Counted from the stretch's first letter, positions 1 through 10,450 are shown. The stretch is 64,000 nt of DNA from an uncultured Acetatifactor sp. (GCA_964550745.1 CAZKAO010000001.1:62299-126298); one strand, 5' to 3'. Numbers and translations are program-made. Notes: generated by a model not told the origin, from the letters alone.

Positions 1-462
1 TATCTCATCGGCATATTGGAGATGGGCTCCGAGATAATCCATGAACTGGTATACCCCTCTCTCCAGACAATACTGGGGATGGGTAATGGAGATGATGTCA
101 TAGATATGGACGACAATGCGCACCCCCTGTTTTTTTAAAAGGGGCAGCAGATAACTCCGCCTCACCCGGCACATCCACACGGCATCCAGATCAAAGAAGA
201 CATCGCCCTGCCCCATATCTCCGATAGCCAGCCTGCGCGGGGTAATCATTTTGTTTTTGACGCCCCCATGGCCGCTGTAGTACTGGACGAAGCGCTGATT
301 GTCAATGATATGATACGCGTCCTCTTTGGCATTGTAGTGGAGCAGAACAATCTCCAGATTCCCCTTCTCCAACAGGCGCAGAATAATCTCCCGTGCCACC
401 CGCTGGATTCCCGTTATAAAAGTGGCAAGCGTCAGCACACTGATGTCAATGTAAATCTTCAT
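1..462 (-). CDS. Glycosyltransferase family 4, N-terminal part (runs off the window start)
   Basis: Read manually from ATG 462 (ATGA overlap with upstream stop): MKIYIDISVLTLATFITGIQRVAREII...VVHIYDIISITHPQY; the TGIQRV and HIYDII motifs are typical of GT4. Confidence 0.8.
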   Translation of the reverse strand, partial: MKIYIDISVLTLATFITGIQRVAREIILRLLEKGNLEIVLLHYNAKEDAYHIIDNQRFVQYYSGHGGVKNKMITPRRLAIGDMGQGDVFFDLDAVWMCRVRRSYLLPLLKKQGVRIVVHIYDIISITHPQYCLERGVYQFMDYLGAHLQYADEI

Positions 463-935
463 ATAAATACCTTCCTGATGAGCTTCTGGAGCGGCATGGG
501 GAGCTTCTTGCCAAACTCTCTCAAAGCCGATTTATCTGTGAGACCGTACAAGGCGCCCATGCAGTGATATTTAATCCCCTTTTTCTGTTCAAAATAGGGA
601 TTATGGACCAGCCGGATCTGGTTGATGGCCACCACGCTGGAACCGGCCACGCTCCGAAGCACCTCCTCCTGAAACTGTTCTCTGGGCTCCCCATATCGCT
701 GCTCCCAGAAAGCCACCGTCTTCTCCTCCGGCAGACGCTTCAGCGCCGCGGCATGTACCGCCTGCATAAATACCGGATTAGACAGCTCCAGATACCGGGC
801 TACATCCACCTCCTGGGGATGGGCTCCCACCTCGCACAAAAATGTTTCCCTCTCATAAGGGAATTTAAGACCGGCCGCCTCCATATTCCCCTGCATCACG
901 TCATATAGTCTGCCATATATGTCCTGTTCTGCCAT
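459..935 (-). CDS. Hypothetical protein, DUF4214-like helical domain
   Basis: LSNPVFMQAVHAAALKRLPEEKTVAFWEQ resembles the DUF4214 pattern (FV..lY..lL.R.Pd..g..yW); start re-assigned to MAEQ (uncertain). Confidence 0.5.
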   Translation of the reverse strand: MAEQDIYGRLYDVMQGNMEAAGLKFPYERETFLCEVGAHPQEVDVARYLELSNPVFMQAVHAAALKRLPEEKTVAFWEQRYGEPREQFQEEVLRSVAGSSVVAINQIRLVHNPYFEQKKGIKYHCMGALYGLTDKSALREFGKKLPMPLQKLIRKVFI

Positions 936-952
936 CTGCTTTGTCATCTCCT

Positions 953-2089
953 TCACACGGCCACTGTCTCTCCCTGCTGCGCCACTTCCTGCCACAGCCG
1001 CTGATACTGCCGCACAATACTCTCCGGCTCATATTCCGGGAAAGCCTCCCTCTGTTCCGGCAGCTGTCCGGCCCGCTGTATCCGCTCCTGCCACTGCGCC
1101 GGATCATAGGGCTCGTCCACATAGACTGCCCGGCCCTGGGTTACCTCCTCCAGGCAAGAGCACCTGGTCATAACCACTCTCTTTCCGAAACGCATAGCCT
1201 CTATGGGCGGCATGCCAAAGCCCTCAAAAATACTGGGGAACAAAAACAGGCGGCAATGCTCATACAGGTAATCCCTCTCCATATCCGACACGAATCCCGT
1301 CAACACCACCTGCCGGGCTATGCCGTACTGCTCCAGCTTCTCCTCCATCTGCTGTACATTGCCGCCCACTCCGCTGATCACCAGCCGCCGCTCTCCCCAT
1401 ACGCCCTGAGCACACATCCGCTGCACCGCCTGCAGCAAGGTGTCCAGGTTCTTATGGGGCAGGAGAGAGCTGACGCAGTAATCATACTCCTGCTCCGCCA
1501 GAGCCAAAATCTGAGACCGTAACTTTGGGGTTTCCCGTGTGCCATTCGGAATAGGCACATACATAACCTGCAGTCTGTCCTTGGCCCAAGGATAATGCTG
1601 TGCCAGGTCTTTTCGACAATATTCGGAATCTGTCAATATCCTGCGGGCTTTCCGACAGGTATGTCTCCACTCATAGCGCAAAAAAAATCTGCGGGGCAGA
1701 GAAAAATATTGGGGGAAGTGCATGGCCTGCAGGTCATGTATGACACACACATAGGGAATCCCGCTCCCCCAGGTCTGTGGCATACTGTACACTGGGATAA
1801 ACATAATGTCAATCCGCTGCCTGTGGGCCAACCGGTCAAGATGCAGATTCTCCCAGAGAATACGCCGGGGCTGGCTGCCGCTGTTTACCGGACAGAGGCA
1901 AAGGCGCATACGCCCGCCGCTTTTTTCCTCATATTCCCTGAAACTTTCGGCATTATCTCCAGCCGCAAACAGAATATATTCATTGGTGGTATCATACTGT
2001 CTAAAGCCGTCCATCAGATTGCGGACAAAAGACTCTGTCCCGCCACATACGCCGACTCTCACCCAGAGCAAATCAATTCCAATACGCAT
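953..2089 (-). CDS. Glycosyltransferase family 4 (GT-B)
   Basis: GGTESFVRNL N-terminus, IHDLQ, PHKNL and FPSIFEGFGMPPIEAM motifs. Confidence 0.9.
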   Translation of the reverse strand: MRIGIDLLWVRVGVCGGTESFVRNLMDGFRQYDTTNEYILFAAGDNAESFREYEEKSGGRMRLCLCPVNSGSQPRRILWENLHLDRLAHRQRIDIMFIPVYSMPQTWGSGIPYVCVIHDLQAMHFPQYFSLPRRFFLRYEWRHTCRKARRILTDSEYCRKDLAQHYPWAKDRLQVMYVPIPNGTRETPKLRSQILALAEQEYDYCVSSLLPHKNLDTLLQAVQRMCAQGVWGERRLVISGVGGNVQQMEEKLEQYGIARQVVLTGFVSDMERDYLYEHCRLFLFPSIFEGFGMPPIEAMRFGKRVVMTRCSCLEEVTQGRAVYVDEPYDPAQWQERIQRAGQLPEQREAFPEYEPESIVRQYQRLWQEVAQQGETVAV

Positions 2090-2094
2090 CCCAT

Positions 2095-2844
2095 CTACCC
2101 CAAAATCATCTTCGCCGCCTCTATCGCCACACATTCCAGCATGTACAGCCTGCTGTATCCATTAATCCGATAACAGTACCGATAGCGATCCATAATACGT
2201 TTTTTTGCCGCTTTCAAATTCTTATGATTGCTGGCGCCGCCCATGACGAAATCCGCCAGTGTCTCATCCACCGTCACAATCCGCCGCCCCTGCTTTCTCA
2301 TCTGCAGGAAAAAACCATAATCATCGTGGATGCCCAGACAGCGAAATGGATACTGTTTATAAAGCTGTGCCCTCACAAATGTGGTGGGATGGTTCCAGTC
2401 CCGGGAAGTCTGAAATCTACGCTGCCTGGCTTTCTTTATAAAGGTGGTTCCGTCTGACTTATGCATGCAAATATTGGCATACATGAGATCACAGCCTGCC
2501 TTGGTAAAAGTGGCCGCCGCTGTAGCCGCCGCTATGGGCTCATACCAGTCTCCGCTGTTCAGAATGCCGATAATGTCCCCTGTGGCAAGGCTGATCCCCT
2601 TGTTCATAGCGTCATAGATGCCCTTGTCCGGCTCGCTGCTGATCCGGTAGTCAATGCCCTTATCTGCCATGGCCGGGATGTAACTCTCTGCAATGGCAAC
2701 AGTATCATCGCTGCTGGCGCCGTCAATGATCAGATACTCTATTGCACAGGGCGTCTCTCCCTGCTCCTGGGCCAGCACGGATTCTATGGTGCGGCTGATG
2801 TCCTTTGCGCTGTTATATGCAATCGTAACGACAGTAAGTTTCAT
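2095..2844 (-). CDS. Glycosyltransferase family 2 (WcaE-like)
   Basis: MKLTVVTIAYN, IIDGASSD, SEPDKGIYDAMNKG, ILNSGD. Confidence 0.9.
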   Translation of the reverse strand: MKLTVVTIAYNSAKDISRTIESVLAQEQGETPCAIEYLIIDGASSDDTVAIAESYIPAMADKGIDYRISSEPDKGIYDAMNKGISLATGDIIGILNSGDWYEPIAAATAAATFTKAGCDLMYANICMHKSDGTTFIKKARQRRFQTSRDWNHPTTFVRAQLYKQYPFRCLGIHDDYGFFLQMRKQGRRIVTVDETLADFVMGGASNHKNLKAAKKRIMDRYRYCYRINGYSRLYMLECVAIEAAKMILG

Positions 2845-2948
2845 AGTTGTATCCCCAAGCGTATTTTCAATATAATGGCTGTCAACATCCGATACAACGC
2901 ATTCAGGTATTCCTCCAGCCGCATATCTCAGACAGCCCCTGCATTGTC

Positions 2949-3863
2949 TCACTGCTCCGTGCGTCGGATGCTCTCCCGCAGATCATACAGACAATAGCTC
3001 TCCATGTCCCCGCTCATGCTTTTGTCATAGACCAGGCTGCCAAAAGCTTTATTTGCCATGACGCCGATCTTGCCGGGCAGCCGGGAAGCTAGAGCTACCA
3101 GCGGATTCATCGCCTTCAGCAGGCGGACCTTTCTTCCATGGGCGGCGGCAATCTCCTGCACCATCTGGGAGGTGGTGGTATATTCCGCATTCTGGGGAAA
3201 ATACAGGCCCCCCTTCCCGTCCTCGATCCTCTGGCGGATGAACTCGCAGAGGTTCTCAATATATATCATGCTGCGCTGATTCTGTATGTCTGGGAAAAAA
3301 GGCAGCTTGTCCGCCAGCTTTGCCAGCAAGGGATAATTGCCCTTGCTGCCCTTGCCGTAGACCATGGGCAGACGCAGGATGGCTACCTGCATCTCCAGCC
3401 TGCCCAGCTCCTCCTCCGCCCGTATCTTGCTGTTCCCATAAAAATGAGAATTGTCCGCCGGGGTCTCTGGGGTAATAACCCCGGTTATTACCCCGGTAAC
3501 AACCCGGCTTTTTCCATAGGGGGCGCTGTCTCCGTAGACAATGATACTGCTGGGGTAGAGAAAGAGGCCCACCCCCGCCTCCTGAGCCTTTCTGGCCGTT
3601 GCTACCGCCAGATCACAATTCACCCGATAATACATGGCCTGCTGCTCCTGTGTCACCGCCCCGGTATCCACATGGGCGATGCCGCTGGCCTGAAAGACTG
3701 CATCATAACCATGAAAATCAAAGCTCTCCCACACGGGCTCCCTCTGGGATATCCTGTCTACCCGGTAGAGCTCCCTGCCCTGGGCGGCGTTATACTCCAG
3801 AAGATACCGTTCTAAACTCGTACCGATATAACTGTTTGCACCGGTTATCAAAATCCGCTTCAT
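2949..3863 (-). CDS. NAD-dependent epimerase/dehydratase (extended SDR)
   Basis: ILITGANSYIG Rossmann motif, YGNSK catalytic YxxxK, LRLPMVYG. Confidence 0.9.
   Translation of the reverse strand: MKRILITGANSYIGTSLERYLLEYNAAQGRELYRVDRISQREPVWESFDFHGYDAVFQASGIAHVDTGAVTQEQQAMYYRVNCDLAVATARKAQEAGVGLFLYPSSIIVYGDSAPYGKSRVVTGVITGVITPETPADNSHFYGNSKIRAEEELGRLEMQVAILRLPMVYGKGSKGNYPLLAKLADKLPFFPDIQNQRSMIYIENLCEFIRQRIEDGKGGLYFPQNAEYTTTSQMVQEIAAAHGRKVRLLKAMNPLVALASRLPGKIGVMANKAFGSLVYDKSMSGDMESYCLYDLRESIRRTEQ
3469..3505. repeat. 12-bp tandem x3 that is also a perfect 12-bp inverted repeat, inside the epimerase
   Basis: GGGGTAATAACC-CC-GGTTATTACCCC; encodes VVTGVITGVIT. Confidence 0.7.
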
Positions 3864-3913
3864 TTATTCCTCTTTCCGGCATATCGCAGGATTCTCCTGC
3901 GATGTCGCACCGA

Positions 3914-4531
3914 TCAGTCTTTGGAACTTTCTTCCCGGTGCAGGGTTCCCGTACCCCCCTCCACCACGCCGTCACCTCTCAGCACGCTGATGAAAGTACC
4001 AAAAAAGCACCGTAGATCCATCTTCAGTCCCATCTTCTCCACATATTCCCCGTCAAAGCGGGCCTTCACCGGGATCTCCAGCTCGTCCCTGCCGTTAATC
4101 TGGGCCCAGCCGGTAAGGCCGGGGCGGATATCGTTGGCGCCGTATTTATCCCGCTCCTCGATCAAGTCATACTGGTTCCACAGGGCAGGCCGGGGCCCCA
4201 CAATGGCCATATCTCCTTTCAGGATATTGACAATCTGAGGCAGCTCGTCCAAGCTGGTCTTGCGCAGAAACTTCCCCACTTTTGTGATATATTGTTCAGG
4301 ATTCTGCAGCAGATGGGTGGGCATATCCTTGGGGGTATCAATCCGCATGGTGCGGAACTTCAGTATCGAGAAATGTGTCTTGCGGATACCCACCCGCTTC
4401 TGCCGAAACAACACCGGTCCCGGAGAATCAACCTTTATGGCGATAATCAGCACCAAAAACACCGGCGCCAACACCACCAGCCCCAGCAAGGATAATATAA
4501 AATCAATTCCTCTTTTTATATATACATACAT
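3914..4531 (-). CDS. Small monotopic phosphoglycosyl transferase (sugar transferase)
   Basis: KRGIDF, KFRTM, RKTSLDELPQ, VGPRP, PGLTGWAQING. Confidence 0.92.
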   Translation of the reverse strand: MYVYIKRGIDFILSLLGLVVLAPVFLVLIIAIKVDSPGPVLFRQKRVGIRKTHFSILKFRTMRIDTPKDMPTHLLQNPEQYITKVGKFLRKTSLDELPQIVNILKGDMAIVGPRPALWNQYDLIEERDKYGANDIRPGLTGWAQINGRDELEIPVKARFDGEYVEKMGLKMDLRCFFGTFISVLRGDGVVEGGTGTLHREESSKD

Positions 4532-4535
4532 ATGC

Positions 4536-6413
4536 TTACTCCTCATATTGATAGCTGGGCACTATCTCCTGCACCAGGGCCCGGATATCCTGGGACTCAT
4601 GCACAGAGGCCTCCTGCAGGCGTTCCAGCTGCTGCGCAAACAGTTCGTCATCGTACTCAAGGGGCCTGCCTATATAGATCATCCGGTTGGCTGTCTCCTT
4701 CAGGCCCTCCTCCCGCATCAGCAGCTCCTCGTACATCTTTTCGCCGGGGCGCAGGCCGGTGAACTCAATCTTAATATCCTCGTCCACACGATAGCCTGAG
4801 AGCTTAATCATATTCCTGGCCAGATCCAGGATTTTCATGGGTTCTCCCATATCCAGCACAAAGATCTCCCCGCCTTTGGCATAGGCCCCCGCCTGCAGCA
4901 CTAAGGACACCGCCTCCGGAATGGTCATAAAATACCGAATAATATCAGGATGGGTCACGGTCACCGGTCCTCCCTGCTCGATCTGCTTCTTAAACAAAGG
5001 CACCACACTGCCGTTGCTGCCCAGCACATTGCCAAAGCGCACGGCCACATACTCCGTCTTTGATCTGCGGTTCATATTTTGAATCACCATCTCACAGATT
5101 CTCTTGGAAGCTCCCATAATATTGGTGGGATTCACCGCCTTGTCCGTGGAGATCATCACAAATTTCCCTGTGCCATAGCGGTCCGCCGCCACAGCTACCT
5201 TGAGTGTGCCAAACACATTATTTTTGATGGCCTCGTTGGGACTGTCCTCCATCAGAGGCACATGCTTGTGAGCCGCCGCATGGTACACGATATCCGGCCG
5301 GTATGTCCGAAAAATCTCCTCCACTCTCATCGTGTTGCGCACTGAGGCAATCAACACCACGAGATCCAGCTCCGGATAGTCTCTCCTGAGCTCCTGCTGA
5401 ATATCATAGGCATTGTTCTCATAGATATCCACAATGATCAGGCGCTTCGGGTTGTGTCCGGCAATCTGTCTGCACAGCTCGCTGCCTATGGAGCCGCCTC
5501 CTCCGGTTACCAGTACTGTCTTGTCCTGCACATAGCCAATGATCTCATCCACATTGACCTCGATGGGATCTCTGCCCAGCAGATCCTCAATCTGCACCTC
5601 CCGCAGATTGGACACATTCACATCTCCCTTGATAATCTGATACATACCCGGCAGGATCTGAATCCGGCAGCCGGTCTCCTTACAGATTTCAAGCAGGGGC
5701 TTTAACTCCGAACGGCTGGCGGAGGGAATCGCTATGATGATCTCATCAATATCATATTTCTCCACGCTCTCCACAATCTTTTCCCGGCCGCCCACGATAG
5801 GCACGCCCCGGAGGAATTTCCCCTGACAGCCCGGATTGTCATCGATAAAGCAGGCCACATGCATACTCAGATACTTACTGGACTGAATCTCCTGAAGAAT
5901 GGCATTGCCGGACGCCCCTGCGCCGACGACCATGTAATTCTGCCGCTCCGGCGATTTGTAATGACTCAGACGCCGGTTCTGTACCATCCGCAGGAATCGG
6001 TAACTGAACCGCACTCCTCCCGCGAACATCGCCAGGAACAGAGCATAGAAAAAAGGGAAGCTCTGAGGCACATATGTCTTGAGCATCCAGAAAATGACAG
6101 GCTGCGTACAGCCGCAGAGCGCCGACGCAATGACTACATTGACCAGTTCCGTGTCCGAGGCATACCTCCACACACTGTTGTACAGTCGGAAAACATAAAA
6201 GACGATCAGTACCAGCGCCACATTGATAATGTAGGCGTCCTTAATCGCAGTCCAGAATGCGGGCCTTATATCCATAAAATGAAAATCATGCCGAACATAC
6301 AGGCTCAACACAGAGGAAACCAGCACCGCCAGCATATCGGTGCCAATTAGCAGGATAATCCTGGTGAGCGGAATACGCAGGATTCCAATTCGTATATCAT
6401 TTAGCTTCTTCAT
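4536..6413 (-). CDS. PglF/CapD-type nucleotide-sugar 4,6-dehydratase
   Basis: 4 N-terminal TM helices, GGGGSIGSEL, HAAAHKHVP, STDKAVNP, RFGNVLGS. Confidence 0.92.
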   Translation of the reverse strand: MKKLNDIRIGILRIPLTRIILLIGTDMLAVLVSSVLSLYVRHDFHFMDIRPAFWTAIKDAYIINVALVLIVFYVFRLYNSVWRYASDTELVNVVIASALCGCTQPVIFWMLKTYVPQSFPFFYALFLAMFAGGVRFSYRFLRMVQNRRLSHYKSPERQNYMVVGAGASGNAILQEIQSSKYLSMHVACFIDDNPGCQGKFLRGVPIVGGREKIVESVEKYDIDEIIIAIPSASRSELKPLLEICKETGCRIQILPGMYQIIKGDVNVSNLREVQIEDLLGRDPIEVNVDEIIGYVQDKTVLVTGGGGSIGSELCRQIAGHNPKRLIIVDIYENNAYDIQQELRRDYPELDLVVLIASVRNTMRVEEIFRTYRPDIVYHAAAHKHVPLMEDSPNEAIKNNVFGTLKVAVAADRYGTGKFVMISTDKAVNPTNIMGASKRICEMVIQNMNRRSKTEYVAVRFGNVLGSNGSVVPLFKKQIEQGGPVTVTHPDIIRYFMTIPEAVSLVLQAGAYAKGGEIFVLDMGEPMKILDLARNMIKLSGYRVDEDIKIEFTGLRPGEKMYEELLMREEGLKETANRMIYIGRPLEYDDELFAQQLERLQEASVHESQDIRALVQEIVPSYQYEE

Positions 6414-6579
6414 GCTTACCTCTCTCCTCTGCCTGCCCATTTTAACAGGCAGCAAATGTATCTACTCTGTCATTCTCTAGTTTAATTATTTCCATTAATT
6501 TTCCATTTGTGCAATTAATTCAGCATAAAATCAATCTGTTGAGAAATGCAGCGCTGCAATCACCCGTTATGATTGAATA

Positions 6580-7713
6580 TCAATTAAAAATCCAATTCAG
6601 GTACGGCAGCAGGCGGATGTTCACATCATAGGCAGACCGCAGGAACAGAACAAAATATGCCGCAAACGCCAATGCCGTGCCCGCTGTCATCAACCGCCTC
6701 CAAAATCTGTCGGAGATGCTGCACAGCAGATTCGGAATCAGAAAGATCTGCGGCAGGATCAGATAATACGCCACCCTGGATACCTCCGGAATGAATGCCC
6801 CGCAGGTGTACAGCGCCAGCCCGCCCAGATTCAGGAAAAAATAAAACCGGTTTCGCTGATTATCTCTGACAGCCGATTTATAGCAGAGCAGAGATAAGAC
6901 CAGCGTTCCCGCACATTTGCCAATATTGGTGAGAGAATACTCCACTGTGTCAAACATGGAGTTCTCATAAAAGGGATATATCTTGAAGATAACAAAACGA
7001 TAGATATCCCTGCCAAATAAAAGGCTTAAAATAAGCAGCGCTCCCACGATATAATGCCAGAGCCGCAGCCGGATTCCCGCAAGCCATCTGGCACCCAGAT
7101 ATACGGGAATCACCACCATCACGGACTTGTGAAAGGACGCCGCCGCCAATATCCACAGAATAAATTTCAGGTACTCTCCCCGCAGCACATATTTGGTACT
7201 GTACAGCGCAATAGCCAGCACCAGATAATATCGCACAGAGTTAAAGCTGGAAAAATAATACCCATTCATCAGGAACAAAAACATGGATGCCAGGAACCAA
7301 TCACCCTGCTCGTACATAGTGCGCAGAAAAAAATACACTGTCAGCAGAGAAAACAGACCAAATACAGGCAGATATGCGTACCCCTCTGTTCCAAAAAAGT
7401 ACTGCATTATCCGCACCAGTGCATTAAAGCCAAACTCGGAGGACACATGCCGCCCCTGGGCGATCAGACTGAACATGCCAGTGTAGACCCAGTAATCGTT
7501 GCCGCTGGCAATCCGGCAGGCGGACAATGCCGACAGGATCACATAAATGCCACCGCAGACCCACAGGTTCAGCGCGTGCTGCCTGGTCATTCTACTCCGC
7601 AGTCCCATCTGCCTGTCACTGGCCGCCCTCATATGCCATTGTACACTCTCACCTGTATTGCAGAAATATGCCATCAGCAACACCAGGACAGTCACTCCTA
7701 CAAACAAAACCAT
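6580..7713 (-). CDS. EpsG-family polysaccharide polymerase (Wzy-like)
   Basis: Multi-TM; GNDY..Y, SEFGF, FNSVRY, FHKS motifs. Confidence 0.8.
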   Translation of the reverse strand: MVLFVGVTVLVLLMAYFCNTGESVQWHMRAASDRQMGLRSRMTRQHALNLWVCGGIYVILSALSACRIASGNDYWVYTGMFSLIAQGRHVSSEFGFNALVRIMQYFFGTEGYAYLPVFGLFSLLTVYFFLRTMYEQGDWFLASMFLFLMNGYYFSSFNSVRYYLVLAIALYSTKYVLRGEYLKFILWILAAASFHKSVMVVIPVYLGARWLAGIRLRLWHYIVGALLILSLLFGRDIYRFVIFKIYPFYENSMFDTVEYSLTNIGKCAGTLVLSLLCYKSAVRDNQRNRFYFFLNLGGLALYTCGAFIPEVSRVAYYLILPQIFLIPNLLCSISDRFWRRLMTAGTALAFAAYFVLFLRSAYDVNIRLLPYLNWIFN

Positions 7714-7727
7714 GTCTTAAGTCTCCA

Positions 7728-8579
7728 TTATTGCCGGGATGCGCCCGTACTGCCTCTGCCTCTGTACAGCAGCTTCTTACATTTATTATACCATCCTGAC
7801 CACACCGTACTCTCGGACATCCTGGTCCGGAGAGGAGCCAGCGTCGCCAGAAGGATCAGACGATATTTCAGCAGCTGGCCCTTTCTCATATACAGTGCTG
7901 TGATCTCACGATGCTCCCGGGCAGAACGTTTCCGGTTCTCCGGAGTCTCCGAAAAGCCGCCGCCCTCATAGGAGGCAAGTGTCACCGGAATATATCTGGG
8001 ACGGGCATCCCTGCGAAAATAGCACCACAGAAAATGTTCATAATCCGCCCGCACTCTGTACTCGGGATTATATCCCCGCTCCGCAAACAGGCTGTGATGG
8101 TAGAGACATGCCTGATGACAGGGCACATTGCGGTAACAGGCAAAATCGTCCATATGCGGATTGGATGCCACTACCTGTCCCCGCAGGGCGTCATAGATAT
8201 CTCCATAAAAGATCAGGGAGGAGGACTGTCCCACGCTGCGCCCAATCTCCTGTGCCGCCTGCTCCAACGCCCGCTCCGAGGCAAAAGCATCGCCACAGTT
8301 CAGAAAATACAGGTATTCTCCCTCAGCTGCGGCAGTAGCCTGGTTCATACCCTCATAGATACCGGTATCCGGCTGCTCCAGAATGCGTACCCGCTCCGCA
8401 AGTTCCTGTCCTTGCAGATAACTGCGCAGCTCATCCAGAGACCCGTCTTTAGATCCGCCATCCTTGACAATGACCTCGTAATCTGTATAAATCTGTTTTG
8501 CCACGCTCCTCATGGTTTCCACCAGTTTATCACCGGGATTCAGAGATACCATGAGAATGCTGAACATGGGTCTCCTCAT
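7728..8579 (-). CDS. Glycosyltransferase family 2
   Basis: KDGGSKDG, PDTGIYEGMNQ, FLNCGD, PCHQA, ADYE; ATGA overlap with upstream gene. Confidence 0.9.
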   Translation of the reverse strand: MRRPMFSILMVSLNPGDKLVETMRSVAKQIYTDYEVIVKDGGSKDGSLDELRSYLQGQELAERVRILEQPDTGIYEGMNQATAAAEGEYLYFLNCGDAFASERALEQAAQEIGRSVGQSSSLIFYGDIYDALRGQVVASNPHMDDFACYRNVPCHQACLYHHSLFAERGYNPEYRVRADYEHFLWCYFRRDARPRYIPVTLASYEGGGFSETPENRKRSAREHREITALYMRKGQLLKYRLILLATLAPLRTRMSESTVWSGWYNKCKKLLYRGRGSTGASRQ

Positions 8580-9355
8580 ACACTCACCTCTCTGATCCCC
8601 CGGCGCATAATTCCATATGCCTTTCTCCAGGGTATCTCCTGACACATGCTTTCCCTGTGGACAAGGATAAAACGCAGCGCCATAAGCCCCGCCAGATGTC
8701 CATACAAATAGCGGTACAACACCCCTCTGTCATAAAAAAACTTTGTGTTATAGCCGGTAAACCAGGTTGATTCCCTTTCCCTCTCATGACCGATGGTCAC
8801 AGGGACCTTATAAACCTTCAGCCCGGCCTTCAGACAATCCCTTATAAACAGGCTGTCCTCGCCATTGCTGTATCTGGCGCCACCGCCGAACAACAGAGAA
8901 AATGTGATATTTTTCTGATGAATCCGCCAGGTGCGCACCGCAAAGCTGTACGTTGGATAACGGCCGCTATTATACCAGTGTACCCTGCCAAAGCTGTCAT
9001 TATGATAGGTTTCCCGTCCCGGCATAGCCTGAACATTAAAAAGCAGTATATCGGCCCCTGGATGTTCCTCAAAGGCATCCAGCACTTTCTGTTCATATCC
9101 CGGCTCATAGATAATATCCTCATCTGCAAACAGACTGATATCCGCCGTAGCTCTCAGCAGGCTGTGATTGCGGCTCAGTCCCACGCCCCGTTCGGCCATG
9201 GAATAATAACATATGTTATGTCTATTCCATTCCAACTGCTCGCAGGCGTAATATTCTCCCTGGCTGACAATGATAGCGTCACTGTCAATCCGCATCTCCT
9301 CTGCCAGTTCCCGCGGCTCCCTGTTCACAGCCGCTACCAATAGCTGCAGTGTCAT
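8576..9355 (-). CDS. Glycosyltransferase family 2/A
   Basis: ERGVGLSRN, FADED (DxD), GGGARYSNGED. Confidence 0.85.
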   Translation of the reverse strand: MTLQLLVAAVNREPRELAEEMRIDSDAIIVSQGEYYACEQLEWNRHNICYYSMAERGVGLSRNHSLLRATADISLFADEDIIYEPGYEQKVLDAFEEHPGADILLFNVQAMPGRETYHNDSFGRVHWYNSGRYPTYSFAVRTWRIHQKNITFSLLFGGGARYSNGEDSLFIRDCLKAGLKVYKVPVTIGHERERESTWFTGYNTKFFYDRGVLYRYLYGHLAGLMALRFILVHRESMCQEIPWRKAYGIMRRGIREVSV

Positions 9356-9388
9356 ACTTCTAAGTTTCCTCCGTCTTCAGATATGTCT

Positions 9389-10450
9389 CTATAATCTTAC
9401 TCCTGTATAATGCCGGATCAGTCTGCGGTCTGCCCCCACCAATACCATGGCATCCACAGTTACCTTCAGCTGCCAGAACAGCCGCAAAGTCTCTTCAATC
9501 GCCTTACCTCGGTCATAATCCGCCTGCACCAGCAGCAGGATACCATCCTGGCTGCGCAGCACCTCCCCCGCTTCGGGGGCCTGCCACAGGCTGGGAATGG
9601 CGATATAGCTCTGCTCCGCTTCCCCATCGGAAGGCGTTTTTTTCATTTTTTCCAACAATTCTGTCACACTGCCCAGATCCACCCCGCCATTCACTGCCGT
9701 GACCCCTGTTTTCTGCTTTCCTCGAAGCAGGTCGGCAAGCTGGGATGCCAGTTCGTCAGAGGGCTTTCCCTCTGTGCTCACATATCCCGCCACAGGTATG
9801 CCATATCGCCAGGCCAGAGTCCCCGGCACATAAATCCTTTCCTCCAGCATCACCCATAACCCCAGGCCAAATACCGAGCAGAGAATCCCCAGCACTACAC
9901 CCAGCACACAGGCCCGCAGAGTGCGCACATCCGGCATAGCCAGCTGCGGCTGTCCCTGGCTGATGAGACTTATCTCTTCCAATTCCTTCTGCTGCCTGCA
10001 TATGGCTGCCATAGCCTGGCCAGCCACCCGGTCAATCTCCTTCGCCTTGTCCGCATCCTCATGGATGGTATGGATATAGCATATCCGCAGATCGGACATC
10101 AATTCCGCCGTAAAGCTGTCTGTCAGTTCCTGAGCTGTCATGGGAATCTTCAGTTCTCCCAGCATCTCCTCCACCAGGGCATCACTCTTCAGCAAATCGT
10201 TCCAGGTAAAGGAGGCAAAATAGGAATAAGTCTGCTGATCGCTGGGGTCCACCGCATATTCCAGATAATATTTGCTGTCTATAATATAGGGAATTACCCC
10301 GCCAAAGGTCACATTTTTCAGATAATAAATGCCACCTACCAGCACCAGGCCGGCTGCGGCGCCCGCCAGAACCACCCAAAACCGCCTGAGACACAGCAGT
10401 ACAAAAAGCCTCATATCAAAGGGCTCTTTCTCATAGTTACAATGCCACAT
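9389..10450 (-). CDS. Wzz/CpsC-like polysaccharide co-polymerase with degenerate C-terminal kinase-like domain
   Basis: Two TM segments flanking an extracellular loop; C-terminal DGILLLVQAD...VDAMVL resembles the BY-kinase fold end. Confidence 0.65.
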   Translation of the reverse strand: MWHCNYEKEPFDMRLFVLLCLRRFWVVLAGAAAGLVLVGGIYYLKNVTFGGVIPYIIDSKYYLEYAVDPSDQQTYSYFASFTWNDLLKSDALVEEMLGELKIPMTAQELTDSFTAELMSDLRICYIHTIHEDADKAKEIDRVAGQAMAAICRQQKELEEISLISQGQPQLAMPDVRTLRACVLGVVLGILCSVFGLGLWVMLEERIYVPGTLAWRYGIPVAGYVSTEGKPSDELASQLADLLRGKQKTGVTAVNGGVDLGSVTELLEKMKKTPSDGEAEQSYIAIPSLWQAPEAGEVLRSQDGILLLVQADYDRGKAIEETLRLFWQLKVTVDAMVLVGADRRLIRHYTGVRL

